Shown here: positions 28,509-38,543 of the stretch, in pieces | How the letters are laid out: every line of letters begins with the position of its first letter | Numbering within the stretch: position 1 is the first letter of the stretch | Source: an uncultured delta proteobacterium | Lineage (GTDB): Bacteria; Myxococcota; B64-G9 | Direction: 5' to 3' | NCBI GenBank assembly: GCA_963754925.1 | Contig: CAVWHX010000004.1 | Span: forward strand, 192,001-256,000 | Length of the DNA stretch: 64,000 nucleotides | Translations under genes and position numbers: made by a program | Notes under the pieces: model-generated | The model's input: the letters and a program-made list of their open reading frames with translations, nothing else | Told to the model about the DNA's origin: nothing | Databases searched by the model: none

Positions 28509-29612
28509 TTGACAACAGCGCCTTCGATTCTGGTCATAGCCGGTGAAGCCTCGGCGGATGTACACGCTGCCAAGGTGATAGCTCGTCTGCGGCTCATACA
28601 CCCATCGATCAACGTCTTTGGGATCGGCGGACCTCATTTGCTGTCCCAAGGAACTAATGCCGTCGTCGATGCGTCGGCCCTGAGGGTCGTGGGCATAAGC
28701 GAGGTGCTGCGAGGCCTCGGCCGCATCAAACACATTTTTTCAAGCGTGCTTGAAGAGGTTGATCGGCGCAAACCACAAGTGGCGCTCCTCGTGGACCTTC
28801 CCGACTTCAATCTCCGTCTCGCCACGGCGCTCAAGCGTCGTGCAATCCCGGTTGTGTATTACATCGCACCGCAAGCCTGGGCCTGGCGGGAGGGAAGAGT
28901 GCGCACGCTCCGAAGATGTGTGGACCGTCTGTGTGTGGTGTTCCCCTTCGAGCGCGAGTTCTTTGCGCGGCATCAGGTGCCGGTGGAGTTTGTCGGGCAC
29001 CCGCTCACTGAGGAACCGCCTCCGCACGGCATCGCTGATCCGAACCGGGTGGTGCTGCTACCCGGAAGCCGTCCGCGCGAGATCGACCGACTGCTTTCAC
29101 CACTTGCCCAAGCTGCCCGGTTACTGCAGGCAGAGGTCCCCCGGCTGCGCTGGTATCTGCCGGTGGCGCCGGGACTAGATCCGGATCGGATCGCAATGCG
29201 GCTCCGCGCCGAAGAGGTGAAGGTAGAATTCGTCACGGGCGGCGCCGGCGCCGCCTTGGCGGGCGCCCGGCTCGCGCTGACTAAGTCAGGTACCGCTACC
29301 GTTGAAGCGGCTCTGGCCGGTGTGCCGATGGTTGTCGTATACAAAGTGTCACGGCTATCCTACGCGCTGCTTCGGCCCCTGGTTAACGTCTCCCATGCGT
29401 GCATGGTTAACATTCTTGCGGGTCGAACGGTGGTGCCTGAACTGCTGCAACATGAGGTGCAGCCGGCGTTAATCGCCAAACAAGCGCTGCCGCTCTTACG
29501 CGATGGAACGGCGCGAGAGCGCGTTCTCGATGGTCTGCGGGCCGTGGGGAATTCACTGGGGACGGGCAGGCCCTCGCGGCGTGTAGCCGAGATCTTGGCA
29601 ACGTACCTTTAG
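28509..29612 (+). CDS. lpxB: Lipid-A-disaccharide synthase
   Basis: AGEASAD, DLPDFN, YIAPQAWAWR, FPFE, FVGHP, LLPGSR, SGTAT, VPELLQ. Confidence 0.95.
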   Translation: MTTAPSILVIAGEASADVHAAKVIARLRLIHPSINVFGIGGPHLLSQGTNAVVDASALRVVGISEVLRGLGRIKHIFSSVLEEVDRRKPQVALLVDLPDFNLRLATALKRRAIPVVYYIAPQAWAWREGRVRTLRRCVDRLCVVFPFEREFFARHQVPVEFVGHPLTEEPPPHGIADPNRVVLLPGSRPREIDRLLSPLAQAARLLQAEVPRLRWYLPVAPGLDPDRIAMRLRAEEVKVEFVTGGAGAALAGARLALTKSGTATVEAALAGVPMVVVYKVSRLSYALLRPLVNVSHACMVNILAGRTVVPELLQHEVQPALIAKQALPLLRDGTARERVLDGLRAVGNSLGTGRPSRRVAEILATYL

Positions 29613-29666
29613 AGACTGTTAGCTCACGAAGTGAGCTTACAGTCTCTTATCCCCGTAGGGGATTAG
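29609..29666 (+). repeat. Modular hairpin repeat copy (58 bp) overlapping the lpxB stop
   Basis: TTAG-AGACTG-TT-AGCTCACGAAGTGAGC-TTA-CAGTCT-CTTA-TCCCC-GTA-GGGGA-TTAG. Confidence 0.8.
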
Positions 29667-29736
29667 AGATCGAGCAAGAGCCGAGCGAAGCGAGAAGGGA
29701 TTAGCCTAGTAAATATTTTTCGACTTATTATTAAGC

Positions 29737-31251
29737 ATGCCGAGGTCTTTCTTGATACAACGTCTGAAGTCGGCTTTCGGGTTAGACGCGAACGGAACAG
29801 AAGCTCACGATGCGCGCTCAAGCGCCCTCGTGATGGTGGTAATCATACTCGCCGTGACCATCCTGCGGGGCCTCTTTGCGGCAGCCGCCGAGCTCAGCCC
29901 GGATGAAGCCTATTACTGGGTGTGGTCGCAGAAGCTCGCGGCTGGCTACTTCGATCATCCACCGACCGTGGCGATGTTGATAACCATGGGAACGACTCTC
30001 TTTGGTAACACCACCCTGGGGGTGCGTTTTGGCGCTTTGGTTTGCGGCGCCCTATCAAGCTGGCTTTTGTTTGTGATTGCTCGGCAGTTGTTGGGAAACA
30101 GCCGTCAGGCATTCTGGTTGACACTTCTGGTGATACTCACACCAATCTGGTCGGTCGGCGCGGTAATCCAGACTCCGGACGCTCCCCTGGTTTTGGCGTG
30201 GCTCATCAGCATCTGGGCAGCCCTCCGCGCCCAGCGCACCAATCGTATGAGTGACTGGGCGGTATTGGGTATGGCGATCGGGTTAGCCACGCTTTCCAAG
30301 CTGACAGGCTTTCTTTTTCTATTCTCGCTCATGCTGTTCTTCGTCGTTTGGCAACGCGGGCGCCAACGCCTCCTGACGCCCGCACCCGTGGTGGTCTTGA
30401 TATGCGTGGCGTGCGTGGTGGCCCCGAATTTGATCTGGAACGCGCAGCATGGGTGGGTCACCTTCATATTTCAAGCTCGTCATGGAACCGCCGGGGCGAT
30501 CGTATCGCCCCGATCCGGCCTTGCGTTCTTCGGCGGACAAATCGGCGTGGTGAGCCCCCTGTTGTGGGTCGGACTCGTTGCCTTCATGGCGACCGGCTGG
30601 CGCCGATCGATCCGTTTCGGACGGCCCGAGGTGTTTTTACTGTGGTGTCTCTCAGCGCCGATGTTTTTTTTCTTTGCGGTCCTTGCGTGGGTTCACCCGG
30701 TGGAGGCAAACTGGCCCGCAACGGCGTACCTTGCAGCCGCACCCGCCACAACCTGGGCATTGACCGGCGGGGTTTGGTTCCTAAAAAGGCAGCGGGCCTG
30801 GACGGTCCTGGCTTTGGTTCTAGCCGGTGTCATGAGTCTGATCATCCACCTGCAAGCACTGTGCCCATTTCTTCCCATCGAACCTGATCGAGATCCGACT
30901 CAGCGTTTGCGCGGCTGGGAAGAATTCGCCGACGAAGTATCAATTGACGCCATGGCGCTGGACGTACCGTTGGCCGCCGAGGGATATGGATTGGTCAGCG
31001 AGTTGCGGTTTTACACCCGTCAATCGGTCATCTATGAGCCCACCGGTCAGCGCCTGTCGCAATATGATCTATGGCCTATGCCCGCGCTGCCGGCGGGGAT
31101 ATTGTTGATCCAACCAAAAAATGCCACGGGAGTGCCCCGGTTGTGCCGGCATGCGCAACACCACTGGCAGCTTGAGAAAGATCCGTCCTCGGGAGCAGCC
31201 AAACGAAAGGACTATGGTTACTGGGTCTGTGGGGGGCTGGTTGGCCATTAG
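29737..31251 (+). CDS. GT-C glycosyltransferase family 39 (ArnT/PMT-like)
   Basis: PDEAYYW, GYFDHPP, TPDAP, multiple TMs. Confidence 0.88.
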   Translation: MPRSFLIQRLKSAFGLDANGTEAHDARSSALVMVVIILAVTILRGLFAAAAELSPDEAYYWVWSQKLAAGYFDHPPTVAMLITMGTTLFGNTTLGVRFGALVCGALSSWLLFVIARQLLGNSRQAFWLTLLVILTPIWSVGAVIQTPDAPLVLAWLISIWAALRAQRTNRMSDWAVLGMAIGLATLSKLTGFLFLFSLMLFFVVWQRGRQRLLTPAPVVVLICVACVVAPNLIWNAQHGWVTFIFQARHGTAGAIVSPRSGLAFFGGQIGVVSPLLWVGLVAFMATGWRRSIRFGRPEVFLLWCLSAPMFFFFAVLAWVHPVEANWPATAYLAAAPATTWALTGGVWFLKRQRAWTVLALVLAGVMSLIIHLQALCPFLPIEPDRDPTQRLRGWEEFADEVSIDAMALDVPLAAEGYGLVSELRFYTRQSVIYEPTGQRLSQYDLWPMPALPAGILLIQPKNATGVPRLCRHAQHHWQLEKDPSSGAAKRKDYGYWVCGGLVGH

Positions 31252-31315
31252 ATACAGCCGCTCTGGTTTTGCCCTCGTAGGTGGTGTACACTGCCCGCCG
31301 GATTGGAGCTGCGTC

Positions 31316-32008
31316 GTGAAACGTCAACTCATACCGGAATTACGCCCCCGGATAGACCGCCGCCTCGTTGAAAAAGCGCTCGGTGGGCCCGGAGCGCTTC
31401 CTGATGTGCTCGAACCTGATTTTCAGCGGTTGCGTCGGCAGGTGGAAAACGCGAGCGTTTCGCACGGGGCATTGGCGCTTTCAGGCATCGAGAACAAAAG
31501 CGACCATGACGTTGTCCTCGAGTTGAACACGACGCTTGAGGGCGTGGGCATTTATACGCTGCTTGCATCTTGTGAATCCGTCGCGGCCTTCGTGGTCACG
31601 CTCGGCCCAGGACCGGAACAACTTATCGCGCACGCACATCAAGAAGGTCGTCTCAAAGATTTGGCGCTTCTGGATGCGATTGCCTCTGAGGCGGTCGAGT
31701 CGTTGGCCGAACAGGCGAACGATTTCGTCGAGCGACTTGCACAACAAGAACGCCGCGCCATCACCCGCCGCTTTTCCCCCGGCTACTGCGATTTCGCCAT
31801 CGAGCAACAGGCCGTCCTTGACAAACTCGTACCCTTCGCCGCGTGCGGCGTGCGACTTAACCAGGCGCTCTTGATGTTGCCGGAAAAATCTATCTCGGCG
31901 GTGATCGGCCTCGGCCCGGTCGGTTCGTATGGGTCAAAAATATCAAAACCGCCCCCCTGCAGGACTTGTTCAAAACACCTGGAATGTCCAGGCACCACAG
32001 ATTCGTGA
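31316..32008 (+). CDS. Stand-alone B12-dependent methionine synthase activation-domain protein
   Basis: FVVTLG, LDAIASEAVE, RFSPGYCD, PEKSISAVIG, terminal CxxC..C. Confidence 0.8.
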   Translation: MKRQLIPELRPRIDRRLVEKALGGPGALPDVLEPDFQRLRRQVENASVSHGALALSGIENKSDHDVVLELNTTLEGVGIYTLLASCESVAAFVVTLGPGPEQLIAHAHQEGRLKDLALLDAIASEAVESLAEQANDFVERLAQQERRAITRRFSPGYCDFAIEQQAVLDKLVPFAACGVRLNQALLMLPEKSISAVIGLGPVGSYGSKISKPPPCRTCSKHLECPGTTDS

Positions 32009-32020
32009 TTGGAGATTGGT

Positions 32021-33778
32021 ATGCACAACCAGAGTTTTTGGGTATCGCGAACATCGCGGTTAGGCCTTTTCACAACGTTGCTCTGTGTCGTGACGATGGC
32101 GCTGGGGGCGGGCGCCGCCCCGCCGACCCCGAGTGCGGGGCTGGATAGGCGCCCGTTGCTGTTGCGCGCCATGACCGACGAACTCGATCGCACGATGACC
32201 ACATTAAAGATGCCGGACTTCGATCCACCATACTTTGTCGCGTACGAGATCAAGGAAGACCGTTCCAGCCATATCCAAGCGCGCTACGGCGCGATCTTCC
32301 AGTCAAGCAATGAACTCATACGGCGCCTGCGCATTGAAACCCGGGTGGGATCCTATGAATTTGACAATGTTGGCTCCAAGACTTCTGATTTCGATTTCTC
32401 GGGCTCGATGGAGTATTCGGCCCCCAAGTTAGCCCCACTCGACGATGATCCCTTTGCCGTACGCAACGCGTTGTGGCTCCTCACCGACGAAACCTACAAA
32501 TCCGCTTTGAAAGGTTACCTCAAACGCAAAGGTAAAAAAGTCACGGAGATTGACGAAAACAAGGGGGTTAACAGCTTTTCGAAAGAAACCGCGGCGATAT
32601 TTACCGAACCACAACGGACCTTTTCCTTTGACCAAACGCGTTGGGAGCACGTCGCGCGTTCGGCCTCGGCCGTCTTTGAAAAACACCCGGTGGTTTTTGA
32701 CTCAGTGGTCTCGCTGGATGGCGCTCTGGAGACGCGTTATCTGGCAACCAGCGAGGGCACGCGCATCATCAGTGAGCAGGTTATTTACAATCTGTCCATG
32801 TACGGCTCTGCTCGTGCTACAGATGGGATGCTGCTTACCAACCAACTTACTCTTTACGCCAAGACCGAGAATGGCCTGCCTTCCCCTGAACAGATCAACG
32901 CGCTGGCCGGGAAGCTTGCCTTGGATCTCGAAGCGCTTCGGCAGGCACCGGTTATGGAGCCATATACCGGACCGGCGATACTGGACGGCGAGGCAACCGG
33001 GGTTTTGTTTCACGAGGTGATAGGGCATAGGCTCGAGGGCGAGCGTCAGCTCGACGACGAAGAGGGTAAAACCTTTAAGGGCCAGATCGGTAATAGGATC
33101 ATTCCCTTGTTCCTGTCGGTAACCGACGATCCCACCGTCGAGCAGCTCAACGGCGTTTCGCTCAATGGGTTCTACCGCTATGACGACGAAGGGGTGCCCG
33201 CACAACGGGTGGTGCTGATCCAAGACGGTGTGTTACGCAACTTTTTAATGAGCCGTACGCCACTTCAGGACTTTCCCAAAAGCAACGGCCACGGTCGGTC
33301 GGCCGCTGGAGAAAAGCCGCGCGCCCGCATGGGCTCGACGTGGGTGCAGTCCAAAAAGACCGTTCCGTTTGTCGAACTCAAAAAAATGCTCATCGCCGAA
33401 GTGCAAAAACAAGGCAAGCCATATGGATTGCTCATTAGAAACATACTGGGAGGATCGACACACACCTCAACCTGGGGATACCAGGCGTATAAGGGCGTAC
33501 CGCAAATGGTGTATCGAATCTACCCCGACGGCCGCGAAGAACTGGTCCGGGGGGTGGAGATTGTCGGCACCCCCATCGCCAGTATAAATAAAATCATCGC
33601 CACCTCAGATCATCTGTCCATCTTCAATGGGTTCTGCGGAGCCGAGAGCGGGTATGTCCCGGTATCAACTATCGCGCCCGACGTCCTGATGACTGAGATT
33701 GAGATCCAGCGCACTATGAAAAAATCGGAAAAAGATCCGGTTCTCCCCTCCCCCTGGAATGGAAATAGTGAAAAATAA
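32021..33778 (+). CDS. TldD/PmbA-family metallopeptidase, exported type
   Basis: FHEVIGHRLEG, YDDEGV, SNGHGR; N-terminal signal-like segment. Confidence 0.85.
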   Translation: MHNQSFWVSRTSRLGLFTTLLCVVTMALGAGAAPPTPSAGLDRRPLLLRAMTDELDRTMTTLKMPDFDPPYFVAYEIKEDRSSHIQARYGAIFQSSNELIRRLRIETRVGSYEFDNVGSKTSDFDFSGSMEYSAPKLAPLDDDPFAVRNALWLLTDETYKSALKGYLKRKGKKVTEIDENKGVNSFSKETAAIFTEPQRTFSFDQTRWEHVARSASAVFEKHPVVFDSVVSLDGALETRYLATSEGTRIISEQVIYNLSMYGSARATDGMLLTNQLTLYAKTENGLPSPEQINALAGKLALDLEALRQAPVMEPYTGPAILDGEATGVLFHEVIGHRLEGERQLDDEEGKTFKGQIGNRIIPLFLSVTDDPTVEQLNGVSLNGFYRYDDEGVPAQRVVLIQDGVLRNFLMSRTPLQDFPKSNGHGRSAAGEKPRARMGSTWVQSKKTVPFVELKKMLIAEVQKQGKPYGLLIRNILGGSTHTSTWGYQAYKGVPQMVYRIYPDGREELVRGVEIVGTPIASINKIIATSDHLSIFNGFCGAESGYVPVSTIAPDVLMTEIEIQRTMKKSEKDPVLPSPWNGNSEK

Positions 33779-33796
33779 ATTAACGGAGGTGGTGCC

Positions 33797-35010
33797 ATGA
33801 ATCGGTTTGCTTCACTGCTGGTACTTGTTGTTTTTTTCGGGGCGGGTTTCAGACCTATGCTGCCGAACCAGAGGCGCAGGCCCATAGTATCGACCCACTC
33901 GCAAAGGTTTATCCGATCCTTCAGGATGCTACGGCCAAACTCTCATCGGTGGCAGTTCTTAACGTCGAATCCAACGGGACGACCGAGGACGTATCAGGAG
34001 TGCAGCTCGCCCTCATCAAAAGCTTGGTGAAACGATCAGATCTCTTGATCATCTCACCGGACGATGTGTTCAAGACGGTCGGGGTCGAATTTGAGACTTC
34101 ACCAGCGGCGCTGGCGGTGATTGCAAAAAAATGCTCCGCCCAAGCGGTGCTCTACCCCCAAATCATACAATCAAATGAGGAGCTGGAGCTGACGTTATTG
34201 TTGGTCGGAGACAATGCGGCTATCCTGCTCGATCGCGCTTTCGCGTTGCAGTCGCTGCCGCCCCCGGTTGAACGCGCCTCGGTGCCTCAGCAAAACCCTT
34301 CAACGCTTCCACCACCTCCCCCACCACCTCCCCCCGTCAGCCCTCCCGCCCCGCCGGCACTACCCGACGCCGCGGCCGCGAAGTTCACTCAACAGGCGCT
34401 CTCGCTCGCGATGCGCGACCGATTGAGGCCTGAGCACCTTACCACCTACGTTGGACCGTTCGGTGGTACAGAAAACGAACATCCTTCGCAGGTTATTGGC
34501 GAGGATTGGTTTATCCTGCAAGGCGGCGAGTACCCCATCAGCGAACGCAGGCTGGCGTTTCTGGTAGGCCGCGATGACATCATCAACCGCATCGACAAAC
34601 GGGTCGCTCCCTTTGCCACCGCTCGAAACGTCGGCGTCGGGTTGACCGTGGGCGGGATTTTGACCGCCGGGATCGCTGCACCCTTTGTCAACAGCGACAA
34701 CACCAGGACGTTGACCTTGGCGAGCGCATTTGTGATCGCCGGCGGGGCGGCCGGTTTGACCGGCATAGTGCTGTGGCTGATTTACGGACCGCAAGTGTCT
34801 GCCATCGAAAGTCCCTTCCCCGAACATCACACCATCTCTCAGGATGAAGCCCAGCAAATGGTCAACGATTATAACCAAGAGCTGTTACAAAAACTTGGCA
34901 TACCCGATCCAGCGCGCCCGACCCGGTCGTCATACGAACCGAGCTGGCACTTTGCTCTCTCGCCCGAAGCACACGGGGGATTATCGGCTGCATTCGGCTT
35001 TAGGTATTAA
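33797..35010 (+). CDS. Exported hypothetical protein, frameshift near 33845
   Basis: GGAGG SD, ATG and signal-like start in ORF 33797; body in ORF 33949-35010 with poly-Pro, two hydrophobic helices and terminal GFRY. Confidence 0.6.
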
Positions 35011-36365
35011 TCCTGGTAGGCGAATTTTTTTGTTGTCTCGCGCAGGCGTTGTGACAGGGTACGCACAAATACTTTATAAACTCGTGTGGCGAACCGGTCG
35101 TTCGTCGCAATGAAGCGTAAAAATTGATCCCGCCCGATCTCGAACGCCACCACAGTGCCTTTGGCTACCACCCGTGCAGAAGTGGGTTGCTCGTCAATCA
35201 GCGACATTTCGCCAACATGGCTGCCGGGCCCAAGCGTGGTCACCTCGGTGACACGCTGGCCCTCAACGCGCTGGACTGAGACCATACCAACCCGCACCAC
35301 AAAGAGCGCCATTCCCGGCTGACCTTGCTCGATCAGCCGCTCGTTGTCCTGAAAGGTTCGTTCCTCACAGATAGTGTAGAAAGCCTTCATATCGGGCAAC
35401 GGCATGTCGGCAAATAACGGGATTTTTTGCAAGAAGTTGAAACCGTCCATAACGCTGATGATCTGCGACGGGCCGTCATGCCCCTCGTAACCATCGGCTG
35501 AAAGGTCAGGGACCGAAGGCATTGGCGACTGCTCCGGCCGGCCGGAGGTCGCGGCGCTCTGACTAAGATCCTTTAGCTTTTCTTCGACATCTCGAAAGTT
35601 AGCGTCAAAACGAAGCAGCTGCCCGTAACTATCTCGAGCGGCCTCGCGGTAACCTTTCTGAATGTACCAACCGGCCACATGGTAGTGCAGATCGGCTGTC
35701 TGGGCGTCCACCGGACGGCCTTTGATGACATTGAGGATTTTCTTGATGGCCAGGTCGAGGTAGCCGTTCGAGGCAAGAATAGTGCCGACCAGCAAGGTCG
35801 CTTCAAGAAAGTTATCCTCGTTCGCTCGAACCTTCTGGAGCAGCTCAACCGACTTACGAAACTTGCCCAGCTCGTGATAGAGCTTACCGGCAAGGAAATA
35901 GTCGACCGCCTTCTCGTAATTGGCCGCCGCGCGCGAGAAGTTCTTTACCTTAACATACAGCTCGGCCGCCTGGCGGTAATTTTGATTGCGCTCGAACATC
36001 TCGGCGGCCTTCTCGAGGTTGCCTTCCTTGGAGTACATCTCGGCCGAGGTTTGATAGTCGTCCGCTTGATCGTACATCTGAGCCGCTTTGCCATACTCCT
36101 TCATGTTCTTGCAGCACCGTGCGGCCTTTTCAAAATCGCGCGCTTTAAAAAACATGTTTGCTAATTGCTTGTGCAGCCGACCATTCTGTTTGGTTTTATT
36201 GATCAGCACATAGCCAATGTCTTCTTGACACAGCGAGTAGGTTTCCGCCGCTTCAGCTACCTTCCCCGAATCGAGCATATCGAGCAAGCTCTGGATTACT
36301 CGAGCGGTAGCCAGGAAGGTAGCGCCCTCCCCGGTGGGTTCGCGGCTCTGAATATCCTCCACCAT
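35007..36365 (-). CDS. TPR/helical-repeat protein with C-terminal cyclic-nucleotide-binding domain
   Basis: Repeated KAAEMF/AAELY helices; LGPGSHVGEMSLID..PTSARVVA. Confidence 0.85.
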   Translation of the reverse strand: MVEDIQSREPTGEGATFLATARVIQSLLDMLDSGKVAEAAETYSLCQEDIGYVLINKTKQNGRLHKQLANMFFKARDFEKAARCCKNMKEYGKAAQMYDQADDYQTSAEMYSKEGNLEKAAEMFERNQNYRQAAELYVKVKNFSRAAANYEKAVDYFLAGKLYHELGKFRKSVELLQKVRANEDNFLEATLLVGTILASNGYLDLAIKKILNVIKGRPVDAQTADLHYHVAGWYIQKGYREAARDSYGQLLRFDANFRDVEEKLKDLSQSAATSGRPEQSPMPSVPDLSADGYEGHDGPSQIISVMDGFNFLQKIPLFADMPLPDMKAFYTICEERTFQDNERLIEQGQPGMALFVVRVGMVSVQRVEGQRVTEVTTLGPGSHVGEMSLIDEQPTSARVVAKGTVVAFEIGRDQFLRFIATNDRFATRVYKVFVRTLSQRLRETTKKFAYQD

Positions 36366-36734
36366 AGACCGATCCTCTTTTGGGAAAAGTCCGCTTATAC
36401 CGTCAACTCAATTCAGCTCACAGATACCACCTCGCTTGTCGAAGTGTCAAACAAGACAAATAACCGAGTACAACATCCGAATTCTCCTAAAGGTCGGAGA
36501 GCTAACTATCGATGATGTGCTGTGTTTTCAGGCCGAACGATCCATTGACAACAGCAGCGTCAGATTTACATTGTTTCGCGTTAGGATCCGAGATTTGCCC
36601 TGGCTTTATAAGACATCGCGGGAAACTTCAGCAACTCAAAGCCAAATAAAACTGAGGTTCGAGTTGTTAAATCGGTACCGCCCGCGGTTCGGACCGCCGC
36701 AGTGGTATGAGAACGAAAAGGAGGTTTGTGCACC

Positions 36735-37205
36735 ATGAACAAAAGAATCGTATCGATACTAATGCGGCTCAGCGTCATGAGCGTGATGCTGATGGCTGCC
36801 CATTCGGCCGTGGCGGCTCTGGGAGAATCAGGCGACTCGGTCGATAAAGACCGCGTGGCTCTCAAAGCTGTGCAACGAACGACCAGCGTTAGCAAAAGTT
36901 ACTCAGTCCAAGAGCTTCAAACCAAGACCATAGCGATGCGTGAGTACCTGACGCCTTCAGGCGTTGTGTTTGGAATCGCTTGGAATGGCCTTGCCCACCC
37001 GGATCTTACGCCCCTGTTAGGCTCTTTTGCCGGAGAGTACGCCGCGGCAATCCGAGACGCCCCGCGTACGTACGGCCGCAGACATAGCCAGCTCGTGACT
37101 GAACACATCGTCGTCGAAAAATGGGGGCATATGCGCAATCTCAGGGGTCGCGCGTACATCAAGTCTCTCATTCCGCCGGGGGTTACCGTCAGTGAAATCA
37201 ATTAA
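36735..37205 (+). CDS. DUF2844 family exported protein
   Basis: Signal peptide AVAALG; REYLTPSGVVFGIAW, PDL..LLG, GHMR..GRAY..IPPGV. Confidence 0.8.
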   Translation: MNKRIVSILMRLSVMSVMLMAAHSAVAALGESGDSVDKDRVALKAVQRTTSVSKSYSVQELQTKTIAMREYLTPSGVVFGIAWNGLAHPDLTPLLGSFAGEYAAAIRDAPRTYGRRHSQLVTEHIVVEKWGHMRNLRGRAYIKSLIPPGVTVSEIN

Positions 37206-38373
37206 TTTCAAGAACTGGATTTTTCTCCTCGTGTTGATAAGCGGATGCGGTGCGTCGTCGGGTGGTAGACAAACGCTGACCGGCGACAACGTGATGCCGA
37301 TCACGGTAAATGGTTCACTCTGCGGCGGCAACTCGTACTACAATAAACCGTGTGTCAGCGTAACGGTTTGCACACCGGGCACGTCGAAGTGCCAGGAGAT
37401 TAGCGATGTGATTCTCGACACGGGAAGCGCCGGGCTTCGCATCTTCAAGAATCTGTTATCGGTCACCTTCACTTCTGAAAATGTCGCCGCCGGGCAGCTT
37501 GCCGAATGCTTCCAGTTTGCAGACGGTACCTCTGAATGGGGGCCAGTGGAACTGGCGAATGTCATCCTCGGAAATGAACCGGCGGTGCAGGTCCCCATCC
37601 AGGTCATTGACTACTCTTTTGGAACTATTCCCGGCGCGTGCAGCAACGCCGATAAAACTCCCTTTGACGCCGGATTGAATGGAATCCTGGGCCTGGCACC
37701 TTTTGTTCAAGATTGCGGTTCATTTTGCGCTCGGAGCGCCAATGCCGACAACGGCCTTTACTACGGTTGCAACGGAACGAGTTGTACGGGCACGGCGGTC
37801 GCCGTATCCGACCAGGTCCAGAATCCCGTGGCGTTCCTCCCGGATGACAACAACGGCTTTTTGGTGCAACTCCCGAACGTCGCTCCATCGGGAGCGCCGT
37901 CGGTTAACGGCTCTCTGATCCTCGGCATCGGCACTGAGTCCAACAATTCGCCTACGGGGGTCGCCACCTATCTGATTGACCCATCGTCGGGAAATATCAC
38001 TACCACGTTCGATGGTTCAACCTATGATGGGATTCTCGACACCGGATCGAGTGGACTATTCTTCCCCCCGGGTGCAAGTGCACTTCCTTCGTGCCCCGCT
38101 CCCAAGGACCAATGGTTCTGTCCGACTTCAGCGGTGAACTTATCCGCTCTCAACACCGGCGCCCTTTCATCGACGAGCGGGACGGTGTCTTTCACCATCG
38201 CCAACTTTGACGACTTTTCTAGTTCCTCCAATAATGTTTCCGCCACCATCGGAGGACCGATGACCACAACGTATTTCGATTGGGGCCTGCCGTTCCATTT
38301 CGGACGTACTGTCTATATCGGCATTGAAGGGACAAGCTCCAGCTTGGGCCAAGGTCCGTACTGGGCGTATTAA
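37192..38373 (+). CDS. DUF3443 family lipoprotein, pepsin-like aspartic protease motifs
   Basis: Lipobox ISGC; PCVSVTVC.PG; two LDTGS motifs; NGILGL; DWGLPF. Confidence 0.8.
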   Translation: MKSINFKNWIFLLVLISGCGASSGGRQTLTGDNVMPITVNGSLCGGNSYYNKPCVSVTVCTPGTSKCQEISDVILDTGSAGLRIFKNLLSVTFTSENVAAGQLAECFQFADGTSEWGPVELANVILGNEPAVQVPIQVIDYSFGTIPGACSNADKTPFDAGLNGILGLAPFVQDCGSFCARSANADNGLYYGCNGTSCTGTAVAVSDQVQNPVAFLPDDNNGFLVQLPNVAPSGAPSVNGSLILGIGTESNNSPTGVATYLIDPSSGNITTTFDGSTYDGILDTGSSGLFFPPGASALPSCPAPKDQWFCPTSAVNLSALNTGALSSTSGTVSFTIANFDDFSSSSNNVSATIGGPMTTTYFDWGLPFHFGRTVYIGIEGTSSSLGQGPYWAY

Positions 38374-38543
38374 TTCCAGCCCACCTATTCAACTGCTCAA
38401 TATCACTACAATAATATAGATTCTACGCCTCCTGTTTTTTCCGATTGACTTTATAATCAATCCTATTGACATGCGGGGCGAATGGAGATAGGAGGATTAA
38501 GGCTCATTTAAAATAATAAGTAGTTTTATCTAAGGAGGACAGC

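Noticed and set aside
34300..34360. C-rich tract as a regulatory or G-quadruplex element
   Set aside because: Explained by a poly-proline coding linker
36400..36720. Riboswitch or ncRNA upstream of DUF2844
   Set aside because: Only short scattered hairpins and no recognisable motif
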